IMG/VR virus record: IMGVR_UViG_3300035049_000566
Coordinates: 1-27,098 of that record
DNA: 27,098 bases
Reading direction: 5' to 3' (one strand)
Source of the DNA: a virus
Taxonomy: Duplodnaviria > Caudoviricetes
Shown here piece after piece: positions 8,902 to 16,817 of the stretch. Position 1 is the stretch's first letter. Each line of letters opens with the position of its first letter. A program made the translations under genes and the position numbers. Below the pieces are notes generated by a model, which worked only from the letters and a program-made list of their open reading frames with translations, was not told the origin of the DNA and ran no database searches.

Positions 8902-9649
8902 GAAACGGAACCCGGATTCGGGTCGTGGCATCCTTTTCTTTTTTTTGAGGGCAAGAATGAGGCGGTGACACGAGAAAGATCTTCCCATCTTTATATTCCG
9001 ATGGCAGGCCGTGCTGCATATCCGCAAGCCTGGAACCAACCTCCTCCAGGAACCGTTCTATCTTTTTAATTTCAAAAGAGAGAATCTTCGTTTCCTTTTC
9101 CTCATTGTCAATGCCTGGGAACTCACACCTGAAAGCCAGACTTCTTAATTTAATCCTGATCTTTTGTTTGCGGTATTCACCGGAGGAAACACCCTTCCGG
9201 GCTTCGGCGTCTACCAATGCCAACCGTTCCATTTCAAGCGTTTCGAGTTGGGTACCGGTTAAAGGCCGGACAATAACCCTTTGTTCATCGAACTCAAATT
9301 CACGCTCAGGTTTGCCCGAGATATCTGCATATCCATCAGATAATTCTTTTAAATCAAAAGTAAAAGTATGCTCTTCCCCGCAATGGTCGCAATCATATGT
9401 AACCGTCATACTGGTGTCCTGTTCGGTATGTAAAAAATACCAAACCAGTGCAAACCGACGGTCTTCACCGGTCCATTCTTTTGCATCATAAAAGGTGGAT
9501 TTGTCCTGAACGGTATTTAAAAACAAAGAGGTAGCCGCCTCTTCATGCCCGGCATCAATGTCCGAAAAATCCAGGGCATCACCGGCAGTGGCTTCGCGCA
9601 GGCGGATCTCTTTTTTAGGATCGCTTGGCAGATTAAAAGGGGATATCAT
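8873..9649 (-). CDS. pmgB: P1 PmgB-like tail assembly chaperone / hub assembly protein
   Basis: 258 aa; FNLPSDP...LREAT..DALDF, WTGEDRRFALVWYF, a CDHCGEEH zinc motif and a C-terminal PF...FIP. Immediately upstream of the tape measure. Confidence 0.75.
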   Translation of the reverse strand: MISPFNLPSDPKKEIRLREATAGDALDFSDIDAGHEEAATSLFLNTVQDKSTFYDAKEWTGEDRRFALVWYFLHTEQDTSMTVTYDCDHCGEEHTFTFDLKELSDGYADISGKPEREFEFDEQRVIVRPLTGTQLETLEMERLALVDAEARKGVSSGEYRKQKIRIKLRSLAFRCEFPGIDNEEKETKILSFEIKKIERFLEEVGSRLADMQHGLPSEYKDGKIFLVSPPHSCPQKKEKDATTRIRVPFRTGDFIPEL

Positions 9650-9653
9650 ATGT

Positions 9654-10148
9654 TCAACTCCTAAATTGAATAAAAGTTATTGGAAATTCCAGCATGCCTT
9701 CACCGTCTTTGGATTCGGTGACATCTCCTAATTGAGTCGGGTACACATGCCATTTATCGGTTTCGGGCTCACTATTGTCATGCAGAAGCGAATACCGTGT
9801 GAAATTAACACAATAATCAATCGGTAAGTTAACGGTACCGTCCGGATTGACAACTTTCCCGACAAGAGACCCGAACCATTTCGATACCCGCCTGTCCTCG
9901 TGGTCCCGCATGGTCATGGAAATAGTAACTGGAGCCGTCCCGCATGGGTATGTCAAGGTCTGAATCCCGACCTCTTCCTGATCGGTTTCAATCTCGATAG
10001 GCCCGTAAGAAATCTCCTTGACATATAAATCAAAGTCGTCTTTTGAGTACGGATACTCATCAATCTCAACCCGGAATTGCCAGGGCTCCCGAAAATGGGT
10101 TTCCACGAGAGACTTGGCAATCAGCCGAAGTTTGTTGAAATCTTCCAA
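9654..10148 (-). CDS. tub: P1 Tub-like tail-tube-fold baseplate protein
   Basis: 164 aa, TTG start; WQFRVEID...VKEISYG..EIET...ITFIQFRS with VVNPDGTVNLP. Lies between pmgC and pmgB. Confidence 0.75.
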   Translation of the reverse strand: MEDFNKLRLIAKSLVETHFREPWQFRVEIDEYPYSKDDFDLYVKEISYGPIEIETDQEEVGIQTLTYPCGTAPVTISMTMRDHEDRRVSKWFGSLVGKVVNPDGTVNLPIDYCVNFTRYSLLHDNSEPETDKWHVYPTQLGDVTESKDGEGMLEFPITFIQFRS

Positions 10149-10149
10149 A

Positions 10150-10689
10150 TCAAACCACCGTAACCATGGGGATAATCAAGGCAGCCTCTTCTATGGCCAA
10201 CTCAATTGCATCAACCCGAGCCGTCAATGTTTCTTCCGAAGGCAACTCGGCCTGCAACCCCGCAGCCACAGCCACGGCTCTTTCTCGCCGGGTATTCCGA
10301 ACCGCCAGGGTTGCGGCAAAATGCTTCAAGATCAATCCAACGCTTTCATCGGGCAGATCTTTATCAAAAGAGAAATCTCGAAATTTCACCAGGTAATTGA
10401 CAGTCACAGGATAATTAATAACGGCACCGGATATCTCAATATCCGCAGATGTCAAAGCGTGATCGACATAGATACCGAAAGCATCGTTTACGCCAGATAC
10501 CGCCAGGAAATCAGAGGGCTTTACAATACTGGTTTCCGGCGATTCAATTTTGACAGACCTGACAGCTCCGCCCCGATCCTCAAAAACTCCCATGGTGTCC
10601 TGCATCATGACAATCAAGGCGTCGGAGTCATTATAATACAACACGTCAAACCGCTTCTTAGCCTGTTCTATGACTTGCGTCGGGGTCAT
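10150..10689 (-). CDS. pmgC: P1 PmgC-like head-tail adaptor
   Basis: 179 aa; MTPxQVIExAKxRF N-terminus and NTRRER...LPSEETL C-terminus; synteny with tub. Confidence 0.7.
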   Translation of the reverse strand: MTPTQVIEQAKKRFDVLYYNDSDALIVMMQDTMGVFEDRGGAVRSVKIESPETSIVKPSDFLAVSGVNDAFGIYVDHALTSADIEISGAVINYPVTVNYLVKFRDFSFDKDLPDESVGLILKHFAATLAVRNTRRERAVAVAAGLQAELPSEETLTARVDAIELAIEEAALIIPMVTVV

Positions 10690-10692
10690 GAA

Positions 10693-11214
10693 CTAAAGGC
10701 CCCAACCCTGAATAGCACCATCAGCGTCCAAATATGTCACCCAATTAACGTGTAACGTGGCAGAGGGTTTTATCGGCGTATTGTCATCTACAGAAAGTTC
10801 GATGCCTTCAGACTCTATCCAGGTTTTCTCAAAAACTACGGTGCTGTTCGTATCAGAACCCGTTTTTGCTTCAGAAACCAGAGATAGCGTAAAATCTAAA
10901 TATTTTTTTTCTTTCACCCACTCTCTAACAGTCTTGAGAACTTCCCCGGAAATGGTTTCTATAAAGGTAATAGGCACTTCATGAGCATTGATGACTTTCC
11001 CTTGTTGCTGCACCTGAACGCCATGTGGTCCTATAATTTCGACCATTTCCCGTTTAATGGGGGGCATTTGAGTTGTTTGAACCAAAAATTCAAGATCAGG
11101 GTACTCTGCGACAACCATTCGGAAATCATCCGAAGTTGCCTTTTCTCCCATGGCAAGAAATTTGTTGAACGATTTTTTAACCAACGGCACGTTGGCTGCA
11201 CCAAAATTTTCCAT
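10693..11214 (-). CDS. bplB: P1 BplB-like tail tube protein
   Basis: 173 aa; LVQTTQMP.IKREMVE..GPHGV...Q.G...N..EVPITFIETI.G. Follows pmgG as in P1. Confidence 0.75.
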   Translation of the reverse strand: MENFGAANVPLVKKSFNKFLAMGEKATSDDFRMVVAEYPDLEFLVQTTQMPPIKREMVEIIGPHGVQVQQQGKVINAHEVPITFIETISGEVLKTVREWVKEKKYLDFTLSLVSEAKTGSDTNSTVVFEKTWIESEGIELSVDDNTPIKPSATLHVNWVTYLDADGAIQGWGL

Positions 11215-11228
11215 ATTATTATATCCTT

Positions 11229-11822
11229 TTAGCCGTATGTGGCATTTATATCAGACTGATTGAGCATGGTTTTCGTTTCTACCTGAAGTGTCGTTTCCGC
11301 CCGGACCAGATAACCATCTTTGGTCTTCTCCTTATCAAGCGGGATTGACATACTTGTAATAACGCAATTTCCGTAAAGGGCATTTCTGCCGATATTAATC
11401 CATACTGATTGTGGCACACGTCCACTCGGGAGTATCTTATTGACTTCTGGGGTAATCATTTTTTCCAATTCCCGAAGCGGGTCCATCACCTCTGCTTTTG
11501 CATCAGCCAGTGCATAAAATTTCAGAACCAGATTAAAGGTATGGGGCTGGTTACCTTCCCATATTTGCAAGCTGGAGAGCTGGCTTTTGCTCGTGAGTCC
11601 CGTTGTTCCTTGTATCACCGCGCCCACTTTAGAGTATTTTGAGCCGATAGAATCATCTTGAAACGGGCTGTTCCAATTGGCCGTGATCTCTTTACTGGTT
11701 CCTTCACCGATAACACCGCAAACGAGGGTATTCTCCTGTTGAACCCAAGCTTTCAGGTAAGGGCTCACGTCAGGGTCATTATTCCCAACGATATTGAGCC
11801 CGGCACCCCATAAAAAAGCCAT
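11229..11822 (-). CDS. pmgG: P1 PmgG-like baseplate / tube-initiator protein
   Basis: 197 aa; DVSPYLKAW...V.G.IGEG.S.E...NW.SPF...S.QIWEG..P..F motif. Follows gene 21. Confidence 0.8.
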   Translation of the reverse strand: MAFLWGAGLNIVGNNDPDVSPYLKAWVQQENTLVCGVIGEGTSKEITANWNSPFQDDSIGSKYSKVGAVIQGTTGLTSKSQLSSLQIWEGNQPHTFNLVLKFYALADAKAEVMDPLRELEKMITPEVNKILPSGRVPQSVWINIGRNALYGNCVITSMSIPLDKEKTKDGYLVRAETTLQVETKTMLNQSDINATYG

Positions 11823-11825
11823 GGA

Positions 11826-12482
11826 TTACAGGCCTCTTTTCTTTCTCGTACGCATGGACTTTGCTCTGTTCCGTCTGGCCGCCGCTGTGTTACTTTTGCG
11901 CCTAGCTTTTTTCAAGGCTTGCCTCTGCGCTGATGACACCCGGAATTTTTTAACTCTTTTCTTTTTCAAAACAATTTTCCCGTTTCGAACCACCTTCCGC
12001 GTTGATTCGAATATCGAATCCGACCCAACCCGCGTGGCGTACCGGGCAATCAGCTGATTGTCATCAATGGACACATTATCCAACTTTTTTGACAAAAATT
12101 TCCCAAGTTTACTCCCTTGATCATCGTCTTCATCATCCAGAAATGCCGTAACGTTTTTTGCGGAGGCCCCCAATCTGGTAAAGGCATCCCCAATACCTGC
12201 AAGAAGTTCGTTGTAATCCTGTTCCTCATCCTCGTCTATTTCTTCGTTACCATCAGCATCAACCATGCCGGCAGCAAGGAAATCCAGCGCCTCGAATGTG
12301 AAATCTCCTTCATCTAACCACGACAAAACGGTTGACATAGCCATACTCCGCATCTGCTGACCGGCAAAATCTTCCGTATTCCGGCTGGCGGATTCAAAGA
12401 TACTTTCTTCCGAGTCAATGGGCGGTGGCTCACCAAACCCCCTGAAAAAGACCTCTGTATCAGGAGTTCTTGAATAGATCAT
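11826..12482 (-). CDS. P1 gp21-like protein (acidic core, very basic tail; prohead-core-like)
   Basis: 218 aa; C-terminal RKVVRNGKIVLKKKR...SSAQRQALKKARRKSNTAAARRNRAKSMRTRKKRGL. Follows the sheath gene. Confidence 0.8.
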   Translation of the reverse strand: MIYSRTPDTEVFFRGFGEPPPIDSEESIFESASRNTEDFAGQQMRSMAMSTVLSWLDEGDFTFEALDFLAAGMVDADGNEEIDEDEEQDYNELLAGIGDAFTRLGASAKNVTAFLDDEDDDQGSKLGKFLSKKLDNVSIDDNQLIARYATRVGSDSIFESTRKVVRNGKIVLKKKRVKKFRVSSAQRQALKKARRKSNTAAARRNRAKSMRTRKKRGL

Positions 12483-12492
12483 AAATTATCTC

Positions 12493-14055
12493 CTATTTAA
12501 TTAATTTTGGTTGACCTGCAATACGCCTGGCTGCGCCGGTCGGGCAAATTTCCCAAGTGACCAGCCACAGATCTATTTCTTTTTGTTCAATAGTGAGAAC
12601 GTAGGGTTCTGTCCCATCGGTCTCCGGATATCTTGGCGGAGCCAGGGCACCGGATGTTACCAGGTCATCCATAATGGCTTTGGTTAATTTGTATAGAATT
12701 TCATACGTCAGGCCGTCCGGTTCGAACTTGGCCAAAGAGGCCGCTTCCACAAACCGATGATCAATAAAATTCAAGATTCTATTGACCCAGATAAACCGGC
12801 TATAATTGGATTTATAATGGATAGAAAGGCAATCATCCACGACTGCCCCGCCACTGGAACCCCCAATTATCGGATTGATCCGAGCATCATACAAAGCATC
12901 TCTGTCCAGAATGTCATCCGGAAATAACGGCGTGATACCGGTTCTTTTCAGCTTTGCCCTTTTATCTCCAGCAGGTGCGTAATGGATGCCGGGAACGCTG
13001 CCGGTCATGATGGCATCTCCCCGGGCACAGGCGGATGCAACTTCGCCGGACACACCCCACACGGTTTTCCCACCGTAATATTTATCACTGGCGGAATACG
13101 GAGAGTGGTAACAAGCTGCCTGTCTGCTTTCCAGCCCGGCTCCCGTAAGCCAGGTGATGGCGGCATCATGCTTGATTGCAGGGGATGCATCGAAAAGAAA
13201 GAAACTGTGCCGTGTTTCTGCAATATCAATACAATTGGCCAGCACATCCGTGTCCAGATTCCCGGCGGCAAACAGCAGGTCTGCATTAACGGTCTCATTG
13301 CGGAATAAATCCCAGGCATCCGTCCAGTCCGTTGCTGTGGGCTCTCCGCCACCGGTCCCACCGGTAAAGGCAATTCCTGTGGTTAAATCCCCAGCAGCCG
13401 CAGTCGAGAAAGCCGCCCATGTGACGGACTTATCAAAATCACACCGGAAACGGTCGCTGTTATTTTCCAGAACGGTTTCAATGAACGCAGGCAACCCCAT
13501 GTCATCTTTGTCGAGTTCGCCTATGCCGACAGTATAAGATTCAAGAACGTATTCATCCCCGACCTCATCTTTGTCATAAAAAGTGATCGTGAACCGTTCG
13601 CTTGTATCATCAACATTTGTAACCTTCACGGAGCGGTTAGCACCATCATCCCCGTCTATAATCCATATGATCAATGCAGTGCCCTCACCGCAGACAAGGG
13701 CCGTTCCAAAATCATTCCCGGCATTTGTTGCAGCACCGTCAAGGCTCGCGATAGCTATGCTGGGAAATTTTGCATCCGATGCAACCACACGGACCACATT
13801 CACATAATTGCAGTCTCTTGCAGCATCAGCCACATGCCGGAGACCTTCCATGTGCGTTCCGGCTTTTTTCGAAAGGGGTTTTCCAAGAATATCTTCCCAA
13901 TTCGAATCATAGACTTTTAACACTTCGCCAGGTTGACCCTTTGATGCGCGGACAACCGTTGCGCCAACAGAAACCAAGCCACCACCAGTCTTATAGGTGT
14001 TGTCTATTACATCCAGGACCGTAATGTCAGCAGCATTCGTGATAATATTTTTCAT
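12493..14055 (-). CDS. Contractile tail sheath protein (P1 gp22-like)
   Basis: 520 aa; HYAPAGDKRA, LYDARINPI, RFIWVNRILNFID...FEP and WEICPTGAARRIAGQPKLIK are sheath C-terminal motifs. Confidence 0.9.
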   Translation of the reverse strand: MKNIITNAADITVLDVIDNTYKTGGGLVSVGATVVRASKGQPGEVLKVYDSNWEDILGKPLSKKAGTHMEGLRHVADAARDCNYVNVVRVVASDAKFPSIAIASLDGAATNAGNDFGTALVCGEGTALIIWIIDGDDGANRSVKVTNVDDTSERFTITFYDKDEVGDEYVLESYTVGIGELDKDDMGLPAFIETVLENNSDRFRCDFDKSVTWAAFSTAAAGDLTTGIAFTGGTGGGEPTATDWTDAWDLFRNETVNADLLFAAGNLDTDVLANCIDIAETRHSFFLFDASPAIKHDAAITWLTGAGLESRQAACYHSPYSASDKYYGGKTVWGVSGEVASACARGDAIMTGSVPGIHYAPAGDKRAKLKRTGITPLFPDDILDRDALYDARINPIIGGSSGGAVVDDCLSIHYKSNYSRFIWVNRILNFIDHRFVEAASLAKFEPDGLTYEILYKLTKAIMDDLVTSGALAPPRYPETDGTEPYVLTIEQKEIDLWLVTWEICPTGAARRIAGQPKLIK

Positions 14056-14495
14056 TATTCATTTTCTCCGTACAATTTTTCATATGCTACCAGCTTGGCT
14101 TGCTGGTGATGAGTAACCCCTTCGATTGATATTTTTTCTCCGGAGGGGACAATGACGCTCCATGTATCCCCGGACTCTTTTTTCGCTATGCACGCGGCAA
14201 AAAAATCATCCTTCTCAGGAGCGTCGTTTTCTTCCGGGTCTTTGGGTCCGGGGTTTTCCTGTCCGTCTTTCGGTCCCTCTTCCGGCTCAGCTGTCGATTT
14301 AACAACAGCGACTCGGATAAACGGAAAGCGGCTATTCAGGATTTTCTTGAAATTCTTTAGAAGTTTTTCAGGAATTTCTGTTTCAAAAGGGTTTTCCTCG
14401 AGCCTGTGCCCGGGAATGTTTATAGTCAAACCCTTCGCGACATATTGAACCGACCCTGATGACGGGTTGGTGATTTTGATTTTGATTTTATCCAT
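14055..14495 (-). CDS. Hypothetical protein between capsid and sheath genes
   Basis: 146 aa with SD GGAG. Stop overlaps the sheath start (TAATG). Two small domains joined by an acidic Pro-rich linker. Confidence 0.7.
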   Translation of the reverse strand: MDKIKIKITNPSSGSVQYVAKGLTINIPGHRLEENPFETEIPEKLLKNFKKILNSRFPFIRVAVVKSTAEPEEGPKDGQENPGPKDPEENDAPEKDDFFAACIAKKESGDTWSVIVPSGEKISIEGVTHHQQAKLVAYEKLYGENE

Positions 14496-14525
14496 TTTCT
14501 TCTCCGATATTAAGATTGAACCAAA

Positions 14526-14551
14526 GCCGAGAGAGGCTGTCCTCTCCCGAC
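14526..14551 (-). terminator. Hairpin downstream of the major capsid gene (weak terminator or mRNA 3' stabiliser)
   Basis: Minus strand GTCGGGAGAGG-ACAG-CCTCTCTCGGC: 11-bp stem with 2 G-U pairs, followed by TTTGGTT. Confidence 0.6.
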
Positions 14552-14569
14552 ATGACCGTTATTCAACTA

Positions 14570-16189
14570 CTATCCAGATGTCGTGAAAAGCAGTTCCATG
14601 AAGTAATCTCTGCCGTCAAAGGGGTTTAAATCTCGATATCCCAGGCTCCAAAGCGTACTGGAATACTTCAAATCCCCAAGCAGGGGATGTTTGAAAGGTA
14701 GTGCAGGAATACAATCCCCAACCACATAACCGGCCAATCCAACAGAATTTCCAATCCCAAAACAAAGATTTCTATAAGAGGCTGCCTGTGGATCTTCGTA
14801 AGCATCCCACATGTTAAACAGTCTGCCGATATAATGAGGCTGAGCAAGTCTTCTGTAACCGGGTGCTGGAATAAAATGAGGTAATTTCATGGCTTTAACG
14901 ATTGCCGCAGAATCTTTATCGAAAACAACACCAGACAAACCAGTTATCCCGGTTCTGTTCATTATTGTTGCGTCAATCTCAATGAGTTTTTGCCTCAGAG
15001 TTTCGTAATGTTCCTGAAAATACCGGGCGTCTGGAACAGTCATGTCCCAGGAAGCACTGCCCTTCGCAAAGTACCGCAGGTCATTCAGGATCTTGCGGTC
15101 CTTATCCGCTGAAATTAGATTTCGGATGTCGGTCAATGCCATGGATTCCATATTCAGGTTGTATTCACGGCGCATCGCCCAGAGTGACTGGAGAGTCATT
15201 CCGCAAGAAATAGCGGCTTCATGGGGATAAATCACTTTGCTGTCCATCTCGTAATCGGTAAGAGGTATCAGTGCTGGATTTTTTTCAATGTCAATATCAA
15301 TACCTACAGCAACTTTGATCGCATTGGCAGGTGCAGTGGAGAAAACAGGATTTACCGTGCCCGTGGTATAATCCACAGTACCGGTTACCGTGACCGTGGT
15401 CGCTCCAACAAGGAATGTTCCATGCAGATTGCCTGCGCCATCGTCAACAGCTACAACATCTTTGTCATGAATTAATTTAACCCGTTTTTTCTTGATGGGC
15501 ATTACAGCACCCAGGTCCGTTGCTGTATCGAACTGAAAATAATTCGGCGTTGTACTGCCCGCACCGCCGACTTCGGTACCATCGCCTACAGCAATTTCAT
15601 GTCGCTGATCCATAGACGAATACTGACCGTCAAAACTATAATCAATTTTATCACCTTTGGTCAGATCTCCGAACGTACTGCCGGCAATTTTCTCGATCTT
15701 AAAAATCTCGGACTGATTGAATGTGCCGGGAATATGGGTGACCATACGGGAAGTAATGGAATGAAGCATGACAGGCAGAACAAGCGCCACCATGCGGTCG
15801 CGCATCTGTACGCCTTCTGTAGTGGACATGGGGAGCGCGGACTCAAAAACAAGTCCTTCCGGACGGCTTACCTTATCTGACGTTAACGCCAGGCCCTGTT
15901 CTATGGCCGCGTGCGCCGAAGCCAGCAAATCAGGACTGGGGCTCATGCCGTAAGTGCGGCAATATTGTCGCAGTGCATTAGATGCTGTGCCCTGAATAGT
16001 AGCAGCCCCCTTGCCAGCAGATTCAAAAATGCTGTGCTGCGTGACGGCTTCAAGGCGTTCGTTCCGGGTTGCCGACTCGCCGATAAACTCACCAGTTGTC
16101 TCATCAAGGATGGGTTTCAGCAGGGAATCTTCCATGTCCCTTGCGCGGCGGTCGATATCCTCAACTCTTTTTTTGTACTTAGTCTTCAT
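14570..16189 (-). CDS. Major capsid protein (P1 gp23-like)
   Basis: 539 aa with SD GGAG; PSPDLLASAH, AGSTFGD, GTVDYTTG Ig-like insertion, IDIEKNP.LIP, YVVGDCIPA.PF.HP and TLW...YRDLNP motifs. Confidence 0.88.
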   Translation of the reverse strand: MKTKYKKRVEDIDRRARDMEDSLLKPILDETTGEFIGESATRNERLEAVTQHSIFESAGKGAATIQGTASNALRQYCRTYGMSPSPDLLASAHAAIEQGLALTSDKVSRPEGLVFESALPMSTTEGVQMRDRMVALVLPVMLHSITSRMVTHIPGTFNQSEIFKIEKIAGSTFGDLTKGDKIDYSFDGQYSSMDQRHEIAVGDGTEVGGAGSTTPNYFQFDTATDLGAVMPIKKKRVKLIHDKDVVAVDDGAGNLHGTFLVGATTVTVTGTVDYTTGTVNPVFSTAPANAIKVAVGIDIDIEKNPALIPLTDYEMDSKVIYPHEAAISCGMTLQSLWAMRREYNLNMESMALTDIRNLISADKDRKILNDLRYFAKGSASWDMTVPDARYFQEHYETLRQKLIEIDATIMNRTGITGLSGVVFDKDSAAIVKAMKLPHFIPAPGYRRLAQPHYIGRLFNMWDAYEDPQAASYRNLCFGIGNSVGLAGYVVGDCIPALPFKHPLLGDLKYSSTLWSLGYRDLNPFDGRDYFMELLFTTSG

Positions 16190-16332
16190 TTTTTTTCTCC
16201 ATGGAATTTACTTTTAAAAAAGTTTTCTTTCTTGCTTTTTAAAAAGTACAACCATAAAAGAAGGGAGATAAAGCTATTTGGCGCATATGTGGCATGTGGG
16301 AAAAAGAGAGGGGGAGTAGCGTAAAAATGGTT

Positions 16333-16379
16333 AAAAAAACAATAGCCCCGTCAAGCGTCGTGACACCTGGCGGGGCTAT
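16333..16379 (-). terminator. Rho-independent terminator after the PAAR gene
   Basis: Minus strand TAGCCCCGCCAGGTGTC-AC-GACGCTTGACGGGGCTA hairpin followed by TTGTTTTTTT. Confidence 0.75.
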
Positions 16380-16396
16380 ATCCATGGACCTGAATA

Positions 16397-16405
16397 ATTA
16401 TAGCA
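16397..16405 (-). promoter_or_regulatory. Extended -10 promoter element TGCTATAAT
   Basis: Exact TGn-TATAAT on the minus strand in intergenic DNA, about 18 nt upstream of the terminator hairpin. Confidence 0.5.
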
Positions 16406-16499
16406 CTATCTTATGCGTCTAAGGAAACCTCCTATTCAACTCGCCCCTGGTGTTCTTCATCAGGTGCCTCCGACGTGGTGATTACCAAGGCATTGCTTT

Positions 16500-16817
16500 T
16501 CAATCATTATTGAAAACGTCCGGTGATCCGGTAACAGTAATCCCAGCCCCACAGAATTCGGTCACCATGTCCCCTAACCGATGGGTCTGATAATTGTTAA
16601 TGAATGTGTCCGGACTCCCAGTGATACACATGCTCACCCCACAATGAGGGCAAGTGTGAACGGCAAAATCAATCAGGGCCCTGGAGGCCCGCTTATTATT
16701 CACATACACATCTTGGGAACCAGTGATCCGGAACCCAACAATCCCGTGAGGGCAACAGGGCAACCCATGTGAGCCGATTCCGATCGTCATATCTCCCAAT
16801 CGCGTTTGCCTGGGCAT
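16500..16817 (-). CDS. PAAR-domain spike-tip protein
   Basis: 105 aa; RLGD...CCPH...ITGS.DVYVN...HTCPHCG...ITGSPDTFIN...HRLGD...TGSPDVF is a typical PAAR repeat architecture. Confidence 0.88.
   Translation of the reverse strand: MPRQTRLGDMTIGIGSHGLPCCPHGIVGFRITGSQDVYVNNKRASRALIDFAVHTCPHCGVSMCITGSPDTFINNYQTHRLGDMVTEFCGAGITVTGSPDVFNND

Noticed and set aside
8743-9039. 98-aa ORF as listed, starting at 9039
   Set aside because: Its first half overlaps pmgB coding sequence and looks non-protein-like. Only the distal ~52 codons are credible.
16425-16500. Short minus-strand reading frame after the PAAR stop
   Set aside because: About 24 codons, with no clear SD or motif.
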